64,000 nt of DNA, taken from IMG/VR virus record IMGVR_UViG_3300023174_000156, positions 4,396 to 68,395 of that record; one strand, given 5' to 3'. The stretch's first letter is position 1, and each line of letters begins with the position of its first letter. This DNA comes from a virus. The notes beneath the pieces were generated by a model that worked only from the letters and a program-made list of their open reading frames with translations, did not search any database and had not been told where the DNA came from. This document shows positions 8,545-14,219 of the stretch, piece by piece. The position numbers and the translations under genes are program-made.

Positions 8545-8794
8545 TGCCTATAAACTCCAACAAAGATTGTTTGGTTTGTGCTCCTATTAAACGGTTAATC
8601 TCATTACCGTTTTCAAATAAAACAAATGTTGGAACAGATTTAAGTTCAAAAGACTTAGCCATTTCTTTTTCTATATCAACATCAATCATTTGAAACATTC
8701 CAGGAGCATACTCTCTGTTTAATTCTTCAACAATAGGCTTTACTTTTTTGCATGGTTGACACCAATCTGCAGTAAAGTAAAGTATTGTTTTCAT
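8537..8794 (-). CDS. Thioredoxin
   Basis: FTADWCQPCK, IDVD, SVPTF, RLIGA. Confidence 0.9.
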   Translation of the reverse strand: MKTILYFTADWCQPCKKVKPIVEELNREYAPGMFQMIDVDIEKEMAKSFELKSVPTFVLFENGNEINRLIGAQTKQSLLEFIGNE

Positions 8795-9198
8795 TTGCCA
8801 GACTTTATTCTAGCCTTTTTGAGAGCCTCAAAATCTTTAATTTTTGTTTCGCCAAGGTATCCCCAAGCATAACCATCATTAATCATTTTATTATTAATTG
8901 ATTCAGACTCACCGTTGATGTAAACCCAACCAAGAATACGTCCATACTTTTCAGATGAATCCATTTTTTCTGTACGAATAACTACAGACTTTGCATCTTT
9001 AAGTTGTTTCTTTAGATATTCTTTAGCCTCAATGCCCAAAGCCTTTTCAGCCTTATCAGTTGTACGTGATTCTGGAGTATCAATGCCAGCCAAACGAACA
9101 CGGGATGCAAATAAAATATCAAACCCTAAATCAATAATTACATCAATGGTGTCTCCATCAACCACGTTTTTTACTTCTTTTACAAAATACTCATACAT
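8791..9198 (-). CDS. Thermonuclease (SNase-like)
   Basis: VVDGDTI, VRLAGIDTPES, KYGRILG motifs. Confidence 0.9.
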   Translation of the reverse strand: MYEYFVKEVKNVVDGDTIDVIIDLGFDILFASRVRLAGIDTPESRTTDKAEKALGIEAKEYLKKQLKDAKSVVIRTEKMDSSEKYGRILGWVYINGESESINNKMINDGYAWGYLGETKIKDFEALKKARIKSGK

Positions 9199-9455
9199 TA
9201 TATTGCTCCAATCGCTTTGTTTTCTGTTAGTTTTTCACGTTCATCAACAACCTCTAACATAAAAGACATCATTTTTTTATATGATTCTGGATTATTCATG
9301 ATCTTATCATAGTGATGACTGCAAAACATTAACTCTCCAGAGGCACCTTTTACTCTAACCAATGCTTGTGCTAGACATTTATCACAACGATCTTTGGCAT
9401 TTAAAATCCATTGTTTTGGTTTTATACTTGGATGATCTTTAATCGCACTGTTCAT
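9198..9455 (-). CDS. Small actinobacterial-type zinc-finger protein (leaderless)
   Basis: DRCDKCLAQALVRV...LMFCSHH; TATAAT 6 nt upstream of ATG 9455. Confidence 0.65.
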   Translation of the reverse strand: MNSAIKDHPSIKPKQWILNAKDRCDKCLAQALVRVKGASGELMFCSHHYDKIMNNPESYKKMMSFMLEVVDEREKLTENKAIGAI

Positions 9456-9470
9456 AGTCTTATTATACAT

Positions 9471-9644
9471 CTACTTTCTGTTGTCAGTTGAATAAAATCC
9501 ACTACCGTTAAAAATTGCAGCAGGAGCACTCCAAAGCCTTTGCATTGATTGATTACAACAAATTGGATATCTTTCTTCATTTATTGCTTTTTCAAACTCA
9601 ATTTGTCCAGAACAAATAGAACATTTATAATCATATCTTGGCAT
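9471..9644 (-). CDS. FmdB-family zinc-ribbon protein (57 aa, not in ORF track)
   Basis: MPRYDYKCSIC...PICC...APAAIFNGSGFYSTDNRK; AAAGGAG SD. Confidence 0.8.
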   Translation of the reverse strand: MPRYDYKCSICSGQIEFEKAINEERYPICCNQSMQRLWSAPAAIFNGSGFYSTDNRK

Positions 9645-9673
9645 TTAAGTACTCCTTTCTTTTAAAAAATGGT

Positions 9674-9699
9674 GAGCAGTTTATGGACATGCTCAGGTC
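9674..9699 (-). ncRNA. Compact H-type pseudoknot candidate at a predicted transcript 5' end
   Basis: GAC-CTGAGCAT-GTC-CATAAAC-TGCTC: GAC/GTC stem, loop GAGCA pairs with TGCTC; starts about 8 nt after a TATAAT box. Confidence 0.45.
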
Positions 9700-9722
9700 T
9701 TATATATATTATACAGCGTTAG

Positions 9723-10154
9723 TTACTTTTTTGCAACTTTGATTGCAATTTCTTTTGGCTTTTTATCCTCTGGAATAATGCGATCAATGTCAATATGTAA
9801 CATACCATCTTTCATTTCAGCACCAGTTACTTCCATATATTCACCAAGTGCAAAGGTACGAGTAAACTTTCTACCAGCAATGCCCTTATGAACAACTTCT
9901 GCATCTGTAACTTCTACAAGTTCTCCTTTGACAATTAATGTTCCATTATCTACTGATACATTAATATCATCTTTAGAGAATCCAGCAACCGCTAAAGATA
10001 GTTTATACTTATCTTCATTTAATTTAATAATGTCATATGGCGGATATGCCTGACGAGTTGCTAGATTATGTACTGTATTAAAACGGTCCAACTCTCTGTT
10101 GAAACCAATAAAAAATGGATCTTTAAAAAGATCCAATGCAAATGAACTTACCAT
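9723..10154 (-). CDS. Small heat shock protein Hsp20 (IbpA-like)
   Basis: YPPYDI, LAVAGFSK, HKGIAGRKFTRTFAL, AEMKDGMLHI. Confidence 0.92.
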   Translation of the reverse strand: MVSSFALDLFKDPFFIGFNRELDRFNTVHNLATRQAYPPYDIIKLNEDKYKLSLAVAGFSKDDINVSVDNGTLIVKGELVEVTDAEVVHKGIAGRKFTRTFALGEYMEVTGAEMKDGMLHIDIDRIIPEDKKPKEIAIKVAKK

Positions 10155-10162
10155 GTTATATT

Positions 10163-10211
10163 CTCCTTTTCAGCGAGTTTCATTTTTGTACCCCCATTTG
10201 GCAGGTACAAA
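10163..10211 (-). promoter_or_regulatory. ROSE-like RNA thermometer in the hsp20 leader
   Basis: CTCGCT-GAAA-AGGAG sequesters the SD with a bulged G; upstream hairpin TTTGTACC/GGTACAAA; TGGTATAAT promoter at about 10215-10223. Confidence 0.65.
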
Positions 10212-10230
10212 CCAATTATACCACTTATTG

Positions 10231-10302
10231 AGCCTCTTGTAGGATTTGAACCTACGACAACCCGCTTACAAGGCGGGTACTCTACCACTGAGTTAAAGAG
10301 GC
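10231..10302 (-). tRNA. tRNA-Thr(UGU)
   Basis: GCCTCTT acceptor stem, CCCGC-CT-TGT-AA-GCGGG anticodon arm, GGTTCAAATCC T-arm; no encoded CCA. Confidence 0.92.
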
Positions 10303-10304
10303 AG

Positions 10305-10376
10305 TACCCCCAAGGAGAATTGAACTCCTGTTACCACCGTGAAAGGGTGGTGTCATAACCACTAGACCATGAGGGC
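10305..10376 (-). tRNA. tRNA-Glu(UUC)
   Basis: GCCCTCA..TGGGGGT acceptor, CCACC-CT-TTC-AC-GGTGG anticodon arm, GTTCAATTC; no encoded CCA. Confidence 0.9.
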
Positions 10377-10377
10377 G

Positions 10378-10453
10378 TGGAGCAGAAAACGGGACTCGAA
10401 CCCGCAACATCTACCTTGGCAAGGTAGTACTCTACCAATTGAGTTATTTCTGC
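10378..10453 (-). tRNA. tRNA-Gly(GCC)
   Basis: GCAGAAA acceptor, CTACC-TT-GCC-AA-GGTAG, GGTTCGAGTCC, encoded CCA. Confidence 0.93.
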
Positions 10454-10459
10454 ATATTA

Positions 10460-10864
10460 TTATTTTTTGTAATTATTTTGATTTCTTTGATAACTTCTTA
10501 TTCTATGACAATTAGCACAAACAATCTCACATTTTTCTAATTCTTTCATACCTTTTTTCCAAGAATAATTTGTTACCACATCAGCAACGTTTCCTATTTT
10601 TTCAAATCCTGGAATATGGTCAAAGTCTAACATGTAGTGAGGATATTTTTCTCCACAATCTACACAGCCAGACTTTTCTTTTATATTCCAAAGTTGTCTT
10701 TTTAGTTTTGTTCTGCTTCTTATTGATCTTTCTTTTGTTTTTTCTTTTTGTCCAGGACCAACGTGATAAGCAATAGTTCCTTTAGAACACCCCAATTCAT
10801 CTTTAATTTGTTTATAAGTATACCCATTTTCTCTTAATTTAATAATATCTTCTTTTATTCCCAT
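10460..10864 (-). CDS. HNH endonuclease with N-terminal HTH
   Basis: GYTYKQIKDELGCSKGTIAYH (HTH); CVDC...LDFDH...CEIVCANCHRIR; leaderless TATAAT-6 nt-ATG. Confidence 0.85.
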   Translation of the reverse strand: MGIKEDIIKLRENGYTYKQIKDELGCSKGTIAYHVGPGQKEKTKERSIRSRTKLKRQLWNIKEKSGCVDCGEKYPHYMLDFDHIPGFEKIGNVADVVTNYSWKKGMKELEKCEIVCANCHRIRSYQRNQNNYKK

Positions 10865-10889
10865 AGTTCAATTATATCATATGTTTCGC

Positions 10890-10961
10890 TCTAATATTTG
10901 AACTAAAACTTATGACTTAGGCATTAACAGTTTCTTGCTCTGCCAACTGAGTTACAACCCA
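10890..10961 (-). pseudogene. Degenerate tRNA-Asn(GUU) remnant
   Basis: TGGGTTG-TA-ACTCAGTTGGCAGAGC-A-AGAAA-CT-GTT-AA-TGCCT-AAGTC: D-arm and anticodon loop recognisable, anticodon stem mismatched, T-arm and 3' acceptor strand lost. Confidence 0.55.
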
Positions 10962-10968
10962 AACCTTA

Positions 10969-12006
10969 TCACGCAAACAAAAGATTAATTTGTCTTGTAA
11001 TTCTACCAAGTTTACTTAACAAAGAACTATATAAGTTATCTGATAAATATCTTTTAACTAATGCTAATACTCTACTTTCTAAAGTAGTAACTTCACTTGT
11101 GCTGCTAGATCTTAATTGAGCAGTTGAAGTATCACTAGTTGAAGTAGTTGCAGTTGAAGTATCAGTAGTTGCAGTGGTTGTATCGGTTATAGTACATTGA
11201 CTAATACAAGCACCTGAGCCAGTATCCCAAGTTCTACCACTTGAATCTGTTGCTATTCCATTTTGAATAGTAGTTGTAACAGTTCCAGAATCATTTTTAA
11301 TTGCAAATTGATTTTGACTATAAGTTACATTTTGACCATGCCAACCAGCAACATTTCCATCTGGTGATGCATTTGTTTGTGAAATAATACGACTTCCTAC
11401 TGGACACCCCATATACTCAGATGTCATAGTCTTGTCATTACCTGCAAAGTAAGAACCACCAACAATAACCCCACACACATATCCAGTAGGATGTACTACT
11501 GCATACCCATTTAATTGATCTGTTGTTGAAGCACTATTGTTTGTTGTTGATGATGAAGTTGATGATGTATTTGTTGATACCGTTCTAGTTTCAACAATTG
11601 GCGTAGGCGTTGGCGTAGGCGTAGGCGTTGGCGTAGGCGTAGGCGTTGGCGTAGGCGTTGGCGTAGGCGTAGGCGTTGGCGTAGGCGTAGGTGCTGGAGG
11701 AGGAGTTGGCTTTGGATCACAAATAGTATTTGTAGATGCTGACCAATTAGGACTTGCAACTGTTCCTAAATTTTTTCTTACATAACTAAATGAACAATAG
11801 GCAGTTGGTCCGTTAGGAACTCCATAATCATGTAGTCCTCTTACAGTTACATTAATTTCAGTTCCAGGATCGGAACACGGTAGTTGACCAAAAGTATTAA
11901 CTCCTGCAACATTATAAGTACCGCTAGCACAAACCTCTGCATGTGCAGGAGATTGGATTAATGTTAAACCCAATACAGTTACAATTCCCACCACTATTTT
12001 TTTCAT
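10969..12006 (-). CDS. Secreted Pro/Thr- and Ser/Thr-rich protein
   Basis: Signal peptide ending AHA, (PT)n linker, TDTSTA repeats, paired Cys, amphipathic basic C-terminal helix. Confidence 0.7.
   Translation of the reverse strand: MKKIVVGIVTVLGLTLIQSPAHAEVCASGTYNVAGVNTFGQLPCSDPGTEINVTVRGLHDYGVPNGPTAYCSFSYVRKNLGTVASPNWSASTNTICDPKPTPPPAPTPTPTPTPTPTPTPTPTPTPTPTPTPTPTPIVETRTVSTNTSSTSSSTTNNSASTTDQLNGYAVVHPTGYVCGVIVGGSYFAGNDKTMTSEYMGCPVGSRIISQTNASPDGNVAGWHGQNVTYSQNQFAIKNDSGTVTTTIQNGIATDSSGRTWDTGSGACISQCTITDTTTATTDTSTATTSTSDTSTAQLRSSSTSEVTTLESRVLALVKRYLSDNLYSSLLSKLGRITRQINLLFA
11599..11688. repeat. 15 x 6-bp tandem repeat (WGGCGT) encoding a Pro-Thr linker
   Basis: Uninterrupted run of TGGCGT/AGGCGT units. 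Confidence 0.9.
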
Positions 12007-12019
12007 TTTACCCCTTTTA

Positions 12020-12238
12020 TTAGTTGTCTTTTATTTTAATTACTACTTGACAAGGGTCTCCACCCTCTTCCCATTCTTGGGCTTCTTCATCACTCATATA
12101 AGGATCTCCCTCATGAGTGTTACAGAACGGTTCTGTTACCCATCCCCGCTCAATTCCATTAGTTAGCCAAATCTCAAACTCATCAAGATTTGATGACTCT
12201 TCTTGTAGATCTTTTAATATATCGTCAAAGTTTGCCAT
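12020..12238 (-). CDS. Hypothetical acidic protein (leaderless)
   Basis: 72 aa; FCNTHEG..DPC; TATAAT-6 nt-ATG. Confidence 0.65.
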   Translation of the reverse strand: MANFDDILKDLQEESSNLDEFEIWLTNGIERGWVTEPFCNTHEGDPYMSDEEAQEWEEGGDPCQVVIKIKDN

Positions 12239-12253
12239 ATATAAATTATACTC

Positions 12254-12778
12254 TTAAATGCTTACCACGTCAACTGGACCCATGCAGGTTGGACTAAATT
12301 TAATAGCAGCATTTACTGCACCTGTAACACGCTTCCTAGGATCTTTAGATTTTTCTGTTGCATTTAAATATCCATAGGCGTATTCAGCACCAGAACCCAT
12401 AGCAAGGTAGTCAAGATTATATTTAGATAAAGACATATCTACAGCACTGTGTTCATATATTTGCCCTCTAACACAAACAATTAAACCTAAATCACCTTCT
12501 TTAGTAGTATCAACCCACCAGTCATTATAAAAATTTCTAAGTTGTTTAATAAACTTAGTTTGCATAAACTTATCTGTGTCTTTAATGTCTGGTACATAAG
12601 GATTAAAATTATAGCGAATACGTTCACCATCTAATGCGCCAGCATATCCTATTAGGTATGGACCAAGTTTCCAAACCTTTGGTGCTGTTAGTGCTAATAT
12701 TGTTCCATCATCAGAAGCACCACGATCACCAGCCATATATACTTTGCCTTCATGACGAACTACAGCCAAGACTGTCAT
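12254..12778 (-). CDS. Ntn-hydrolase (HslV/proteasome beta-like) peptidase
   Basis: M-T start (N-terminal Thr nucleophile), MAGD, PKV, GYAG, AMGSGAEYAYG. Confidence 0.75.
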   Translation of the reverse strand: MTVLAVVRHEGKVYMAGDRGASDDGTILALTAPKVWKLGPYLIGYAGALDGERIRYNFNPYVPDIKDTDKFMQTKFIKQLRNFYNDWWVDTTKEGDLGLIVCVRGQIYEHSAVDMSLSKYNLDYLAMGSGAEYAYGYLNATEKSKDPRKRVTGAVNAAIKFSPTCMGPVDVVSI

Positions 12779-12806
12779 ATAAGAATCCCCTCAGAGTATA
12801 CATTTA

Positions 12807-12835
12807 AGTATACCAAACCCTTTTTACTTAGTCAA
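12807..12835 (-). promoter_or_regulatory. sigma70-type promoter
   Basis: TTGACT-17 nt-TATACT with TGG extension. Confidence 0.65.
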
Positions 12836-12841
12836 AGACCT

Positions 12842-13417
12842 TTATTTGATAATTTGACCACATGCTGAGCATGTTTTAGGCTTACCAGCAGGTTTTTTAG
12901 CAGTATTTACAGGGGTAGAACCAAATTTAGGTCTACCAAACCCTACAATAGAAACCAGAATGCCTTTTTTATTTTTCTTAAAGGCACGAAGTTTTTTACA
13001 AACCTCTCCACCATTGCGTTGGCTACCTTTAGGATCTCCTGATGTATTTCCTTCTATACACCATACAGTACCGTCGCCATTATCAGCAACAACAATACCT
13101 ACATGAGAAATTCTATCTACCCCGTCAGATGGGAAATCAAAATATGCAATATCTCCTGGATCTGGATCTGCTAGATCTCCATCAATCCAATTTCCTGCTT
13201 TTTTAAATGCTTGTGCTCCGCCTGGAGTATAAACAGTATTAGGAATCTTTACTCCTGCTTCATTTGCACACCAGTTAACAAATGAACCGCACCAAGGTTG
13301 AAAATCTGCTTTGGTAAATTTACCATACTTAGTTTCGTTATCTTTAGGACCTTCAATAGTTCCTACTTCTGCAGTAGCAACTTCAATAAGACGCTCTGCT
13401 GTACCTTGATCTGCCAT
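12842..13417 (-). CDS. Endolysin, CHAP/amidase domain
   Basis: PWCGSFVNW, PGDIAYF, SHVGIV, IEGNT, GFGRP; C-terminal CxxC. Confidence 0.85.
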   Translation of the reverse strand: MADQGTAERLIEVATAEVGTIEGPKDNETKYGKFTKADFQPWCGSFVNWCANEAGVKIPNTVYTPGGAQAFKKAGNWIDGDLADPDPGDIAYFDFPSDGVDRISHVGIVVADNGDGTVWCIEGNTSGDPKGSQRNGGEVCKKLRAFKKNKKGILVSIVGFGRPKFGSTPVNTAKKPAGKPKTCSACGQIIK

Positions 13418-13824
13418 TATTTTACCCAGTCTGTATCTACTGGTTGTTCTTCTGGCATTGCTCCGTCTGGTTTAGCAAGTCTACGTGCTTTAGCATCGTC
13501 AATCTCTGCTTCTAATTTTTTATCTGCCATTGTATTTTTAGCATCAACTTCTTTATTTGCAATTTGTGCTGCCATTATATCTTTAGCACCAGATTGTCCA
13601 ATTAATAATCCTGCTAATGTTCCTGTAATAAATGTTGCAACACTGCCAAGCACGTTAAAAAACATTTTATCGTTCTCTGATTGTCCACCAATTGGTTGTG
13701 TTACAAATAATAAACCATATAAAATTCCTAGAGATGTACACAATAGAATTGTTCCAAGTGTAATTCCTAAGATAAACTTTAATCTTGCATCTAACTCTTG
13801 AGGAGTTAATCTTTCTTTAGCCAT
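13417..13824 (-). CDS. Two-TM membrane protein in the lysis cassette (holin-like)
   Basis: Two hydrophobic helices, charged C-terminal tail; translationally coupled to the endolysin. Confidence 0.55.
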   Translation of the reverse strand: MAKERLTPQELDARLKFILGITLGTILLCTSLGILYGLLFVTQPIGGQSENDKMFFNVLGSVATFITGTLAGLLIGQSGAKDIMAAQIANKEVDAKNTMADKKLEAEIDDAKARRLAKPDGAMPEEQPVDTDWVK

Positions 13825-14023
13825 TTGTTATTCCCCCTGTTTTTGGTTGTGATATTAAGTCTTCTGGACATGCTCCGTTAGCAGTACAAATTGGCGGTTT
13901 GCATTCTGCTGCTTCCCAGTTTGCTGGGTCTTGGCATGGATATCTATAATGACCATCATACCCACAGCCAGATAACCCTAATGCTAGGGTAGTTGATAGT
14001 AGGAGTATGCGTAATTTTGACAT
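13817..14023 (-). CDS. Cys-rich lipoprotein
   Basis: Lipobox LSGC plus 4 further Cys; leaderless TATAAT-6 nt-ATG. Confidence 0.7.
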   Translation of the reverse strand: MSKLRILLLSTTLALGLSGCGYDGHYRYPCQDPANWEAAECKPPICTANGACPEDLISQPKTGGITNG

Positions 14024-14044
14024 ACTCCCATTATATCAAACTTA

Positions 14045-14218
14045 TTAATCTTCTTTACGAATCCCTATGGTTGCAAACCATATGGCTACTGATAATAGAG
14101 TTACATACCCTACTACCGTCTTTGCGCTGCCCTCTAAAACCACCCATGCTACAAAGAAGCCCAGGAATGTAAAGTTCTCATTTAGGGCTGCCATACCCCA
14201 TTGTTTTAACTTTTTCAT
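14045..14218 (-). CDS. Small two-TM membrane protein
   Basis: MKKLKQWG..FTFLGFFVAWVVLEGSAKTVVGY..; SD embedded in the end of the upstream gene. Confidence 0.65.
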   Translation of the reverse strand: MKKLKQWGMAALNENFTFLGFFVAWVVLEGSAKTVVGYVTLLSVAIWFATIGIRKED

Positions 14219-14219
14219 T

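Noticed and set aside
10224-10460. tRNA-associated HDV-like (theta) ribozymes, or the HNH inside a tRNA intron
   Set aside because: Spacers between tRNAs are only 1-2 nt; no matching tRNA-Asn 3' half follows the HNH gene
11599-11688. Possible CRISPR-like array
   Set aside because: 6-bp units without spacers, inside a CDS encoding Pro-Thr
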